Origin: Octopus sinensis
Lineage: Eukaryota
Reading direction: 5' to 3'
NCBI RefSeq assembly: GCF_006345805.1
Contig: NC_043001.1
Span: 7,936,001 to 8,000,000 of the forward strand
DNA length: 64,000 bases
Shown here: positions 39,006 to 53,190 of the stretch, in pieces
Layout: the number at the start of each line of letters is the position of its first letter
Position numbering within the stretch: the stretch's first letter is position 1
Program-made: the position numbers and the translations under genes
The notes under the pieces: model-generated
What the model was told of the DNA's origin: nothing
What the model saw: the letters and a program-made list of their open reading frames with translations, nothing else
The model's database searches: none

Positions 39006-40182
39006 TGCTACGGAACGGACTGGAATCGCCCGTCGTTGCCCGTCCCGAACGGCTCACACAACTAGTTCCGCCACGGAACCCAAAGAGGCGGAGAGAGGAG
39101 ATACAGATAGATACTGCCACAACCTCAACAGCACAGAGATACAGAGGCACAACCCGAGACACAACCCAAAGAGAGGCAACAACTGGCAACACTGGCTTAT
39201 ATTCAAACAACAGTTTATACGACAATTAATTGCTACACATCAAATACATCAAAGCATGCACGTGACTACTCAATACATAATACAACAGATCAATGCATAA
39301 TATAACATCAAGTAACAATATAACAGTGTTCAGTAACGACACAACAAGTCCAGATCAAATAATGTTCACGATACGTCACAGTCCAATCAGAACACTTCGA
39401 TACATTATACAATGTTCGTATCACAACAATTCACGTTACAATTCAACAAGTCCTTTACTCAATTCACAATGTTCTTTATCGACTACATCGACAGAGTCCT
39501 TCTTTTTTAAACACCACAGATTAAGCCACATCAACACATACCTCAATTCCTAACTTAATCGCCAGTGTCCCATTCTGCACTCATCTCTTAATACTGCTAA
39601 ATCCTCTGAATACTCTGCTAATTCCCCTCTGTGCATATTCCAATCGCTTGCTCCTAGGCCTCCTCGCATCTCAGCTCGCTCCCAGGAATTCCAACGCTTG
39701 CTCCTTAAATCCAAGGTTCCATCCACTCGCTCTGACCTCCAGAGTCCGTCTGTGTTCTTCGACGACCGCTCAACGACTGCCCAGAACCTCACTTCCTTGT
39801 CCTGACTTCCACTCCCTCATCTCCCTCTGTCTATATCGCTCCTACCCTTTCTAACTGCTCTCTGATTCCTTGCTCTATCTATATCGCCTCAATCCCTTAG
39901 CCTCTCTATCTGTCCCTTACTGCTTATCCTTTCTATTTGCCCTCTGCTCTTACTCTATCGCTATCGCCTGCCAGACTCTTAGCCTCTCCATCCGTCCCTT
40001 ACTGCTTATACTCTATCTCTATTTGCTCTCAGCCCTTAATCTGTCCCTATTCTTTCACTTCTCACTGACCCTCTTCTCAGCCGCACGAGGTCACAGGTCA
40101 TTCCAAAACCCATTAGTCCTCCATTAGACAAAAGACTGTCACTGGAACCATTATTCCTATGTGGGTCACCAGAAACACTACA
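39006..40182 (-). mobile_element. Candidate solo LTR or LTR-element remnant (~1.18 kb)
   Basis: TG...CA termini (TGCTACGG / CACTACA); strong strand asymmetry; internal ~82-bp duplication at 39896-40030; U5-like minus-strand end ...CCGTTCCGTAGCA. No convincing TSD (catat vs ctaat). Confidence 0.4.
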
Positions 40183-40215
40183 CTAATTAAACCCGAAATG
40201 CACTTAGCCAACCGT

Positions 40216-40312
<97 letters not shown>

Positions 40313-40530
40313 GCGACAGAGAAAGAGTAAGAAATATATATAGTAATAACAAATGGTAAAATAAATTAATGAAGAAGTAATCAGTAATTTCACCAAGTAG
40401 AATTCGGCATGAAAAAGACAATTTCATGGTAAGCTTAAAGTAGAAGGAACAGCTAAGATTTTTTTCACTGCTATTTCTAAACTTCGGTATGTGGTGAAGC
40501 AAATCTTTGCTGAACCCTGATTATACTGTG

Positions 40531-40565
<35 letters not shown>

Positions 40566-42344
40566 ATATATATATATATATAAAGAGAAAAACGACCAGT
40601 TTTGTATCTCTGAGAAAGAAATACAGTAAAGTGTATTTGTCAACGCAAGGTGCCAGACCCTGCTGGAAAAATTGTTTTTTTTTTGGGGGGGGGGCACTAT
40701 TGAATATGTCATTGAATGCACAAACACGTATTTGATAAGAAACATAAGGTCCGTTGTAATTTATAAAACACATCCAGAGAAAATACGCACTTCAGTCGTG
40801 ATAAACTTACTTGATAAATGAACAGATATTAAAAACTTAATCCTGTTTCTACAGATGCATGCACTGAAAAAATTTCAAAGAAAATCATGCGACTTTGTAA
40901 AGCAATATGTGAACATGCGAGTATGTGCAAGAAATATGAAATTAACAAATCCTGACTAAAGTACACATTACCTCAAGCTATATGCATGGATTTTTAACGA
41001 GCATAAATCATGAGTTAGCACTGCATTAAAATATATTCACAAGCATAACAGGTTTTACGTATTTCACTTCATTTCACTTCAGCAATCATGATATTCATCG
41101 CTTATTTTATTTTATTATTTTTTTTTGTAATACTTTATTTATTCACACAATATAAGCAAATCGGTAAAAAAAATCTTCATATTATATACATACAAAATTT
41201 TCGTTATAATTAGGATAATTCATCAGATATATTTTTAATTGGATGAAAGTAACATTTTCTTTGTCATATCTGTATATACTGGGTTATCCCGTAAATAATA
41301 TTTTTGTTTCTTTATACTTCTTTTATTTTTCATGAGAAGCAAATTATTTTTTAAATCTAAAATATACTCTCCTTAATTTTCTACAATGGTCTTCCACATA
41401 ACGGGTAGAATTGCTAGAATTCCAAAAATTAATTTTTCTGTGACCAAATATACTCCTTCAGTATTGTTCTGACTTCGTCTACAGATATCATTCTATGTTC
41501 CGACCAAATGATTTTGATGATTGCGGAATAAAGGACAATCAGATGCGAATATGGCGAATATGGTGGGTGATTTTGGTACTGAATTACAACGACAAGAAAC
41601 AGGAAGCCCAACATGCATTTTTCGGACGGCGTCTTTGAACATGTTGGAAGCACTACGCTTTCTAATTAATGTGTGAGAACCTCTAGCGACACCAGCTGCC
41701 GGCCATAAAATGTGATAGGTATCCCTAATGTATGAATGACCGTGTGCATACCTGTTGCGTATGCATGCGTAAGTGTCCACAGTGTGTTCGTGTGCGTATT
41801 AGCATTATTTGCTTCATGTGGACGTACGTGTACATGTGGGTGAATGTATGTTTGCATGTTGTGTCATGTGTGTATGTACCCATCTCTGGTATTTACGTGT
41901 GCCTGAGCACGTTCGTCGAGTAACCTGGTGTGTGCGCAGATGTGGAAATGTTGACTTAGCATATGTAACGACTAAAGTGCTGTTGTGCTGTGTCAAAGAA
42001 ACTTACACCAGATTTAATGTTGGAGTTAATTTTGGTGGTGCCAAAGCGAAGAAAGTTGGAAAAGGAAGCACACATACACTCACATATATATGATGACACT
42101 CATAGAAGATAGGAGTTTCCACAAACTATGTGAGAAGGGGAGTATAAGCCACCTACTCTTGTTTATGTTGCTCTATATATATATATACATACACATATGA
42201 TACTGCATAGATACTGCAGATTTTTAAGGTAACGCGTGTCTGTGCATTGCTCAACCACTTTTCCTTTAATGATCACGAGTAGGCCGTTCGTTTGACCGGT
42301 GGGTCTATCAATAGATATACAGATACACAGTTACTTATAATCTC

Positions 42345-42521
42345 TCCTACTCTAGACACAAGCCCCTAAATTTTGGGTGTGGGTGCCAGTCAATTAGATC
42401 GACCCTAGAAACCAACTGGTACTTAATTTATCGACCTCGAATGGATGCAAGTCGACCCCAGCGGAATTTGAACTCACAACGTTAAGACAGACGTGCTAAC
42501 GTTTCTCCCAGCTCGCCGCCC
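42345..42521 (-). mobile_element. SINE family C, degenerate
   Basis: actggtacttaatttatcgacc...gtcgaccccagcggaatttgaactc...cagctcgccgcc. Confidence 0.8.
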
Positions 42522-43305
42522 GAAATAGACACTTATTTTGAAGGGGCAAAGGTTTTCGTTAACCACTTTCTCTATCATTTCGTGCCTAAAAAAGACAATA
42601 TACAAGTTGAGCTTATGTGTGAGGATATGGGTCTGCTATTTTTAGCAGGTCTAACTTTGCATAGATAGTCTCATCTCAACTGATCCTACAGAATGTTGAT
42701 GGAAAATAGAATTAGAGTTTACATAGCGAATGCATATGATATTCGTGAATAAAAACATTAAATATATTACAATTATCGCGTTCTCCAATCTCTGCTTTAT
42801 TTAAGAAATACTGCTTTTCAATTAAATTCTTTCTTCACTTCCTCACTCAGGAGTCTTTAGCGTACAATTACCTGTACATTTCCCTTCCTTAAAACACCGT
42901 AATTACACAGGTGTTCTTGGTACGCCTGATCCTAAAGTAAGATTGATTAAATCAACATTAAGTGTAACAATTATATTCTAACAACATGTTTCTCTGAAAT
43001 GATAATGCAATGTGCTTATAACAATGAGAAATAATTAAAGTGCATATCTTACAAACAGTTTGTTATCTTAGCACATGCGCAATTCCTTTATGGTGAGATC
43101 TCATGCCATATGCTAAAGCAACATACAGAAGGGATTTCGATACAAAACTATACCTTTAACGGAAAATAAATACACGTAATAAATACTAATGTTGTTTTTA
43201 TGAATAAGGAACTGCCATAAGATTTCTTGGCTTGTAACAGACAAGAAACACTTGCTTTATTTTAAGTAGCCCTAAACAAAACATCGAAATATCAATATCT
43301 GGGAT

Positions 43306-43369
<64 letters not shown>

Positions 43370-44069
43370 TATTACAATAGAAAGGACGAAAAGGGTTTAT
43401 TTAGAATCTCAGAGTATATGCAGTTTTAAACTCATTCAATTCTGCAACGAACGTAAATGGAGATTATTATCATTATTGAATTATGAATGGAGTTACCTAG
43501 ACTCTCTGTAAATGAATCGATTTCAGCAACGGCAATATAATACGCCAAACAAAACTTCAGCTAATAATTTTCTATTAAACATACATTTGTTCTTCAAATA
43601 ATTCGAATGAAATTTTAAACAAATGGCTTTATTCTTCAATTCCATTTCCAATTATTCTAACGTATGTATTTTATTATATTTGTATGTGTTCCTCTAGACA
43701 TTTCTAATGATGATACATGAATCATTCAATACGAGAACAAATGGACGCCAGTGCAACTAACACCAACACCGACACACAAACATATTTACCTTGTTATAGT
43801 TTTGCTCATATAAGAAATGGCTACAAGCCAGAACATTTCATTCACATCATATCGATCGAATACACACATACACACAAGCACATACATATATAACGCACGC
43901 ATGCATAGACACAGGCACACACTTACACATACACACACACACACACTCACACAATCACACATATAGAGGCACGCATATATACTCACATGTATACACACAC
44001 ACACACACTTTTACATACAAGTGTGTGTTTGTTTGCATATGTGCGTGTACATATATATATATATATATA

Positions 44070-44118
<49 letters not shown>

Positions 44119-44142
44119 GTGTCTATCTATCTATCTTAATTA

Positions 44143-44368
44143 ATTATTGCCCACAAGGAGTTAAACATAGAGGGGACGAACAATGAGAGACAAAGAGATT
44201 AAGTCAATTACATCGACCCCAGTGCGTAACTGGTACTTAATTATCGACCTCCAAAGGATGAAAGGCAAAGTCGACCGCGGCGGAATTTGAACTCAGGACG
44301 TAACGGTAGAGGAAATACCGCTAAGCATTTCGCCCTGTGTGCTAAAGTTTCTGCCAGCTCACTGCCCT
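44143..44368 (-). mobile_element. SINE family C
   Basis: Full-length rc homology to 38128-38351. Confidence 0.9.
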
Positions 44369-44370
44369 AA

Positions 44371-44444
<74 letters not shown>

Positions 44445-44489
44445 ACTATCTATCTATCTATCTATCTATCTATCCCAAAAAAAAAGAAA

Positions 44490-44856
44490 TATAACATGTG
44501 GCTTCATTGACCGAGGTTACCGTGGTCTTTTCCGTAGGCTTTTTTTTCCACGGGTAACCTCACCTGTCCTCCCCTTTACACTTCATATTGACATTTCTGT
44601 GATAACGATCCCTATTGATCATTTTTTTTTCCTCTCCCCCTTTTTTTTTACCCCCCCCCTTTTTTGTCCTCTTTCTCTCCTTTTACGATCCCTTTTGATC
44701 GACCCCCCCCTTTTTATTTTATTTTATTTGTTATTTTATTATTTTATTTTATTTTATTTTAAACCTTCAAAAGAAAAGCTCTACCTTGTAATTTGTTCTA
44801 TATGTGTGCAGCCCTGTGTGGCTAATAAAGAAACATATCTATCTATCTATCTATCT
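44490..44856 (+). mobile_element. Probable LINE 3' UTR end with stem-loop and (ATCT)n tail
   Basis: Hairpin GAGGTTACC-GTGG...CCAC-G-GGTAACCTC, U/C-rich tract, AATAAA then (ATCT)n; family not identified. Confidence 0.5.
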
Positions 44857-45607
44857 ATTTATCTATATATCTCTCTATATCTCTCTCTCTATATATATAT
44901 ACATATACACATATACATATATATATATACATATGAATGTGTATATATATATATATGAATGTATGATATAATTTTTTAATGTTTGCAATCAGGTTAAGAA
45001 TCATTGGTTATTACAAAATATATCCCTGCATTTATTGAAACGAAAATATATTGAAACAATATGGAATTTGATTAGTATTATTTTTTTATTCATTTAACCT
45101 TTTCGATGTGTTGAAGGGGATATTGCCGTATTTGCCTAAGGGAATATATATTCTGATATCATAATGTAAGATTCGATATCATAAATCAAGATTTTTGTAT
45201 TAATAATTTTATTCAATATGTGTATTAATGAACAAACTGGCCGACAAACAGAAGCCTCTCCTGCAATATATCCTGGTTGGTTTGATAATTATATCAACTA
45301 CAAACCATTATACATTTCAGATTATATTCTATCGTTCTTCGCTATGTGTGCAAATCTTACCGAGTTTAATATTGTTTCTCATCACTTTGGGCATCATATG
45401 TGATATAAAATTTCGTTGCTAGAGTAATTTCTCTCTCTCTCCTCTCTTGCTTTCTCTCTTCAGTTGTTTATCTCCTTTTATGGCTGTTTACTCCGCAACA
45501 TATATTGTATAAACAATGGTTTTCTAACCGTTCATATTTCAAATTTTGTAAGAACAATGGTTTTCTAAATGTTGGGAAAATTATTTAGAAAGTGTCACGG
45601 TGGAGTC

Positions 45608-45940
45608 AAGGAGAGTGAAGTTCTCACACATCCTACAATCTAGAAGATAGTTAACGGAGAGGCTGATCAAATATCCTTGCAAAATATAAGTGACTGAATC
45701 ATTTTAGAAGTTCCAATTGCCGAAAAGTCTACGCCCTTGCAGAGAAAGAAAACAAGCAAAGACTGTTGATTTTTCTACACTGATTTTCTACGTCTATTAT
45801 CCAGAAAGTGTACATGTATGATAGCAGAGTTCTGAAGCTTCAGAATTGTGTTTACTAGGGAATAAAAACATCAGCAATGTTATCAGTCTCTGTTGATGAT
45901 CTTATTGACACGGAATATATGATTTAAAATAGTGAAATGT
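45608..45940. repeat. Donor arm of 333-bp near-perfect inverted duplication
   Basis: rc equals 46326-46658 with 3 substitutions by manual count. Confidence 0.97.
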
Positions 45941-46145
45941 TTATTGAGTGGCAAGACATTTACGAACTCGATGTAGAGACATACTTTTCATAGCTATTTA
46001 GTAAAGAACGTTCTGTTACAATTACATTAATAAAATGTTCAGAAAAATGTAAACCTACGAGGTTGTAACATGAAATCAGATATACGTATTTGCTCACACA
46101 AAAATTGAATTGAACAATTTTAGGAAAGCATTGAAGATCAAAATG

Positions 46146-46206
<61 letters not shown>

Positions 46207-46257
46207 TATATATAATATATATATATAATATATATGTATATATATATATATATATGT

Positions 46258-46871
46258 GGAGGCGCAATGGCCAAGTGGTTAGGGCAGCGGACTCGCGGTC
46301 ATAGGATCACGGTTTCGATTCCCAGACATTTCACTATTTTAAATCATATATTCCGTGTCAATAAGATCATCAACAGAGACTGATAACATTGCTGATGTTT
46401 TTATTCCTTAGTAAACACAATTCTGAAGCTTCAGAAATCTGCTATCATACATGTACACTTTCTGGATAATAGACGTAGAAAATCAGTGTAGAAAAATCAA
46501 CAGTCTTTGCTTGTTTTCTTTCTCTGCAAGGGCGTAGACTTTTAGGCAATTGGAACTTCTAAAATGATTCAGTCACTTATATTTTGCAAGGATATTTGAT
46601 CAGCCTCTCCGTTAACTATCTTCTAGATTGTAGGATGTGTGAGAACTTCACTCTCCTTTATTGAGCGAAAACACTCAAAAGGTCCACGACGCTCCGGCAG
46701 GAGGTGGTGATCCCTGCTGTACTCTTTCACCACTCTTTCTCCCACTCTTTCTTCTGTTGGCCTGCTCGCTTAGCCAGCGGAGTGGCGTCATTCAAAGGCT
46801 AAAACAATGCGAACGCATTGTGACCAGCGATGTGAAACAACATCTGAGTGTCTGGTCGGTCATGTGATCAT

Positions 46872-46875
<4 letters not shown>
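46258..46875 (+). mobile_element. SINE (head A, tail gamma) split by a 333-bp inverted genomic insert
   Basis: Head 46258-46325, insert 46326-46658, SINE resumes ttattgagcgaaaacac. Confidence 0.93.
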
Positions 46876-46919
<44 letters not shown>

Positions 46920-47105
46920 CGTATTTGATATATATATATATATATATATAATATATATAAAAGCAATTAAGATTCAAGTCAGTTCTAATGAATTCACTTG
47001 AATATGGTACTTAACTTAGATGCACCAGAAAACTATATGGTGTTAACCAATACAGTAGTGTGGGGTGATTATAAACGAGAAAAGAAGCAACAAGAATGGA
47101 TTAGT

Positions 47106-47196
47106 TTTTAGTACAATTGTTTCATACAAAGACAGGTTTTATTAAAAGTTGCAAATATTGCAGCAGATAAAAGTGTCCCGTACTCTTCAGCTAAAA
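47106..47196 (-). ncRNA. Type I hammerhead ribozyme (family 2, minus-strand arm)
   Basis: UUUUAG-CUGAAGA-GUAC...GUAU-GAAA-CAAUUG-UA-CUAAAA; predicted cut between 47112 and 47111. Confidence 0.85.
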
Positions 47197-47590
47197 TACA
47201 CGTGAGTTCCCTAAACATCTTAGTGGGTAAGGCTACACTCATGAAGTATTGGAGATAATTTCATTAAAAGCAGATTCAGGTTGTAAACAGACTTCCAAAG
47301 TTCTTTAATGATGATGCACAGTCTTATCACAGGTTTTTAAAAAAGGTTATTAGTTTCACAGAGAAGTTTAATCCATCCATAGTGTAGGTGTAAATTTCCA
47401 GAGATATGAGGAGGTATTTCATACTCACAGACGATGAATTTATCCATGGTTAATCCACAATGAGGTGGGTATAATTTCATGCTAAATTATAAGGTATTTG
47501 CCACATTACTGTTCTGCTTTTAATGAAATTATCTCCAATACTTCATGACTGTAATCTCACCCACTAAGATGTTTAGAGAACTCACATGTA

Positions 47591-47681
47591 TTTTAGCTGA
47601 TGAGTACGGGACACTTTTATCTGTTGCAATATTTGCAACTTTTAATAAAGCCTGTCTTTGTATGAAACAATTGTACTAAAA
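47591..47681 (+). ncRNA. Type I hammerhead ribozyme (family 2, plus-strand arm)
   Basis: Stem I UUUUAG/CUAAAA; CUGAUGA 47597-603; 60-nt extended stem II capped by GUUGCAA-UAU-UUGCAAC; GAAA 47664-67; palindromic CAAUUG; GUA, predicted cut after 47675. Confidence 0.87.
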
Positions 47682-47710
47682 ACTAATCCATTCTTGTTGC
47701 TTCTTTTCTC

Positions 47711-47751
<41 letters not shown>

Positions 47752-48387
47752 CAGAGGGAGTGAGAGAAGGAGACAGGCAGAAACACACACAAACATACAC
47801 AAACACACACGCACACAGACACACACGCACACACACACACATATATATATGTATATACACGTATATAATGTATAGATACATGTAGAGAGAGACAGCTACA
47901 ATTTAGTTCTTTGCAATTAACTTTGATAACTTTGATAGGTTTCGGCCCTAACTTAATAGCAACACCTGGTGAAACCTTTTATAGTCGTATATGCGGCATC
48001 CCACAGACAACTTGCACTGATATTCGACAAAATTGTTCCATCACATACTTATTGACACCGCTGTACTGAATATTGGAGTAAGTTACACGGAAGTATACAG
48101 CAGAATGCATACTTACTAAAAACGTCATTTCGGATATATTCAGAGAATAATCAAAATGATAACAATGTATGTATTCTTATATTCTATATCCTGAAATGCA
48201 TCTTCCAGCTCTGAAGTAAGCTAAGTAATCATTCTTTAACAACAACCAAGAAACGTAAGGTATATTTCCCTTTATTCCTTTGAAAATGCGCTTTGGTAAA
48301 TCGATTCTACCGTTGATGTTTGCTTCCAAGTAATCTTCTCAAACAATGTTCAAAAAGAGAAATATATAAGCATATATTATATATATA

Positions 48388-48471
<84 letters not shown>

Positions 48472-48693
48472 ATATATATATATAGATATATATGCATATA
48501 TATATACATACATATATATAATTATACATGCATTTATATATACACATATATATGTATATATGCGTATATATATATATACATATATATATATATGTATATA
48601 TGTATATATATACATATAAAGTGGATACCTATATTACTCATTTCTTCATTTATATATATATGTGTATATATGAGTATAAATACACACCCTCAT

Positions 48694-48725
<32 letters not shown>

Positions 48726-49190
48726 ATATGTATGTATATATATTTATATATGTGTATATATGCATCTGAATGTATGTTTGTATGTATGTATGTATGTATG
48801 TATGTATGTGTGTATGTGTGCATGTATATATGCAGGTATGAATTCTTATTGTCCATTTCTAAGAAATGTTCAATCTGAGATTTAGACATGTTCTTTTGTG
48901 CAAAACGCAACCACCAACATCAAACGTTCATTATTTTGCCATGCAAGCATTAAGTTTGCATTCAAACTAACACTGTTCTTTCCAGAGCTCTGGATTATCT
49001 CTTTGACATTGGCAAATTGAAGCATTTGAAAGACAAGGCCCTGGGTTAGCATAGAGTTTCAAACGTTCATCTTCCCACTGCTTCAGTGGTCTGTCGGTTG
49101 AAAGACATAATTAAAGTGTATAAACTGAGAAACGATTTCTGGCTTTGTTTTGAAGACGCTGGATTTTTCACCATCTTGAATCAATTTGTA

Positions 49191-49266
<76 letters not shown>

Positions 49267-52200
49267 ATGGCAAGAAACTTGTATGTGATTGTGTGTGTGC
49301 TGGTACATATTCTTTTATTTTATGAATACATTTAGTTCCTGTATATACTATTCTCTTATATTCCACTTTCCGTCTCTCGCATTAATCACATATATTGGCC
49401 TTGCAGGAAAGTAATTTCGGTTTTATTAGTGTGAAATGTCATTTTTTTTCTTACAAAGAATGAACTTTGATCAAGTTTCCATTACTTTTCGATGTCCTTT
49501 TGCCATTTTTCCGTGTGTATGCAATTCCAAATAGGTCGGATTTGCACGTTTTATTATTTACAATTTTAAAAATCTTTTAATATTCTTTTCTGCTGAAGTC
49601 ACACGGCCTTGAAATACCTGAGATTATAGTAGAAGACACTCGCCCACGTTGCGACGCAGCGTGATTGAACCCGGAACTATGTTGTTGTGACTGTATAGGA
49701 AAATTTACTGAAGTAGATGCTCTCGTTATAAGTTCAGTGAAATATTAGATACCACTTAATTTTATGATGTGTGATGTTTAGAAATAGCAGAGGATATAAT
49801 ATGGAAGAAATCAATTTTTTTTGTACACACGACTAAGTGTATATCTAACTATGGTATACAATTACAACATACATTTTAAACAGCGGACATTCAACTTGCC
49901 GTGTATATGTGGCCAGAAATAAATGCAATATATTTTGTGTGGCTTGAGATGCATTAGTAAATTATGGTATTCTTACGGTTTGGGTGAACATTAATTTGAT
50001 GTATGAAGTAAAGAACAACGTCAACGAAACAAACCTGTGAGGATGTCACGATTTAATTTATCATAACATTGTGCCTACCATGTAAAGAAAGTATATGCCT
50101 TATGTTATTCATTTTAAACGTATTAAATCAATTGTACGTAGCCTTATTTGCATCATTATACTTGTGTTACTTTACTGAGAATCATAGTATTTGTGTAAGA
50201 CTAAATCGCCATATGGCAATGATAAATTCAATCTTTTGTAATTACATAATATACATATGAATCATGGTTTTCGCAATCTTCGCAAACTCCTGCGTTCTTT
50301 CTTCTCTCGTATTTGTTACAACGAAAATAATGATTAATTTCTTTTTTGCTAGAAAATATTTTAGTTTTATTTGTTCTCGGCAATTGTTTTCTTGTTCATA
50401 TTATAATCATTTTAATCTGCTGCAATTTTTGCGATACTAACATTTCAGTAGTAATTCACTTGTTGACTCTGATATTCTTTTCAGATCTATTCATATTTTT
50501 TATTTGATTTTTCATCATATTAATTGTTAGTTTAGAAAACAGTGTAAAACAAATCACAATTGCTTTTTTTATCACTCTATTAGCAAAGGCAGTTGAAGTT
50601 TGTATATAGAATGCAGTCGCCATTGATCCTCGTATGAGGGCTAATAATATTTGATTGTAAATAGCGTTGCTATTAAATTAATGGTGTTCTTGACTATAAC
50701 GAGGCAGACATAAAACTTGGTAGGCTCCAATATTAATGCTGTGTGTAAGATTTACTAATATATTTAGAAACTCGAAGATTATTATATTTCGTTATTGAAT
50801 TCTCTTTTATTCCTTTTTTTGACACAAGATGTCTAAACCGACTTAAAAACATTCTTCTTATAGAAAGTTGACGATAAAAAACCATATGTAAACTGATTAA
50901 TAACAATAAAATCTAATGAGATGGCAAAATATACATTGAATTTCAAAATGCACATGAAATAGTATTGTTAAGGACTTATCTACAATTTGTAATGCTCTGA
51001 ATAAGTTTTAAGAATTGCACTAACATATTACCTCACACATTTTTCAGATAACTGCCGTTAAGCAGCAGAAGCTTACTCGTTTCTTTGCAGCTGAAGTATA
51101 CTTGTTAACGTTCAAACATGCAATATCGCAACAAATAGAAGAGTGTTTTTGCACTAAATATCGACCTTCTTAACGAGTCCAATATACAGTAACTGATTTG
51201 CAATTGCTGTGTATAATACATCCAACCTCTCTGCAATCTCTCGCACAGTTATATGACAATCAGTTTATTAGACTTTAAATTAATCGAAAATTTCTAAACT
51301 GTAGGCAACTTTGGCAATTATTAACCAGCGATAGTATAAACTACACAGCGAATGTTATTCTATATTTTATAAATATTAGATTGAATTTTCTTTTTTGTTT
51401 TTGTTTTGATTCTGTTACACATCTTTTACGAAACAAGTAACGATTTATCATTGAGCATCTCCAGTGATATCAATTAGCAATTCCTGAAAGCCGTGCTCGC
51501 TCGTTGAAGTTATCCCACTTAAATATTCCGAAGTATATGTACATTAGAATGCATTTCTATTCTAGAAGAGAGTCCAGTCGTATTAGTATTGATAGCTACT
51601 CCTTCGTGATGGCAGTTTGGGGAGTACATTACACGTCAATGACAACTCGAGTATTTGTCGCTTAGATGGATCCAGTTCCAAATTATATTGTTTATATCAA
51701 ATGTGATGTAATCTTCTTTAAGCCATACTGCATTGTATCATTTTCAAATATTCAAATATCTTATAAATCACAGCTTTGTGTGAATATATTGTTCCACACA
51801 TTTGTGCATTATATTATACCGCATCACCAATAACATGTGTAACGCATGTTCATTTAAATAGTTGCATAATCTGTTAGATGAGGATGATGCCAATTCTACA
51901 TAGTCAGCGAATGATTACTGACAACATAATATGCTTTCGTTTGATACAGCCTCTCTCTCTATATATATATATATTTTGGATAAGTCTTCGAGATAAATAT
52001 TTGTTTGATACGGCTTGTAAATATAATTTTTTGTGTGCACACATTAATTAAATCCTTCTAATATGTAATCAATATTACATGATTCTATCTTTTACCATTC
52101 TAGTGTAATTTGCAGAGAAATATGAGTATTCACATAATTAGAATATTTATGGTATCCTAAGCAGCTTCATCGTTAAGATCATTTAAAATTAGTATGCAAA

Positions 52201-52685
52201 AAACATAGTTTGAAAACATCGTCATGTATTTCCATTTTCCCTCAGCATCTCAATTTACATTTCCAAACAGTAATGTGTTTCCAAAATTCCAGTTATCTAT
52301 CTTAAATAACATGTCAGATTTACTTGCTGGAATAAAATATTTTACAATGTTACACTTATCGTAATCCGTGGGAAAATTTTCAATCACGCTACCTTAAGTT
52401 AAATTTCATTAGTTCCCATATGCAGATTAAGATACAGAGAACATACATACATATATTAAGAAGTGCAAATGATGCAGTGATGAACAAATTATTTTCTGAT
52501 TTTCCACTACATCAAATTAACACCATTTCCAAAAATTGCTGTCAACTTTTAGAAGGGAATAAAATGTAGATAAGAAATGCAATAATAGTTTAAAAAATAA
52601 TAGTATATGAACATGTTATAACTATTATTGCAAGTGTTTCATTTTTTACTGTTAGCATTTTTTTTTTGTAAAATATGTTTTTGAT

Positions 52686-53120
52686 TATTAATTGCAATCA
52701 TAATGTTTCAGTGTATATCTTTGTAAGAACATGGTTTGAAAAGTTAATAACTTTTCAAAATTTGCAATTAAAATATCAAATTCCAAAGACTGATTTCTAC
52801 TTTCATTGGAAAATATATTTTACTAAAAGGATTTTTGTAGCATGATCTGAATTTGAGAGAAGAAATATATCGGGTGTTCGAAATCTTAGAATCGAGGATT
52901 AATTAACTATTGAGGCTAAACTTGTTCAGTTTTTGTAGTTGAGACGTTTCAACCTATCACGACTCAAAATATCAACAATGAGAGTTTATTTTTACCGTAT
53001 GTCGCCAAACTCACCGAAACCAAACACCATTATGAAAGAGGGTTCAGTATAATATCAATGTAATTTTGATTTAAAACGCCCCCAAGTCATGTTCAGTCAA
53101 CCGTATTGCAGTCGGTGAGT
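52686..53120. repeat. Donor arm of ~435-bp diverged inverted duplication (partner 55667-56109)
   Basis: rc homology with indels, roughly 80% by eye. Confidence 0.85.
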
Positions 53121-53190
53121 TTTTTCTTAAACATTTGCAAATTTAATTTCAGCGGACAGGATATATTCCGTTAGATTTACCTTCTTAAAT

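Larger units (their letters stand above)
47075..47712. mobile_element. Inverted-repeat HHR element: 200-bp arms, 238-bp spacer
   Basis: 47075-47274 is the rc of 47513-47712 with 9 substitutions; each arm carries a hammerhead; followed by (TA)n. Confidence 0.85.

Noticed and set aside
41187-41232. Minus-strand ATATAT-CTGATGA-ATTAT...ATAAC-GAAA-ATTTT-GTATGT
   Set aside because: A-C mismatch at the base of stem II, register problem at the cleavage site, low complexity, single copy.
41429-41653. ORF with HPPYSP and HRMISVDEV, reminiscent of mariner motifs
   Set aside because: The motif order is reversed relative to a transposase, with no DD34D context or TIRs.
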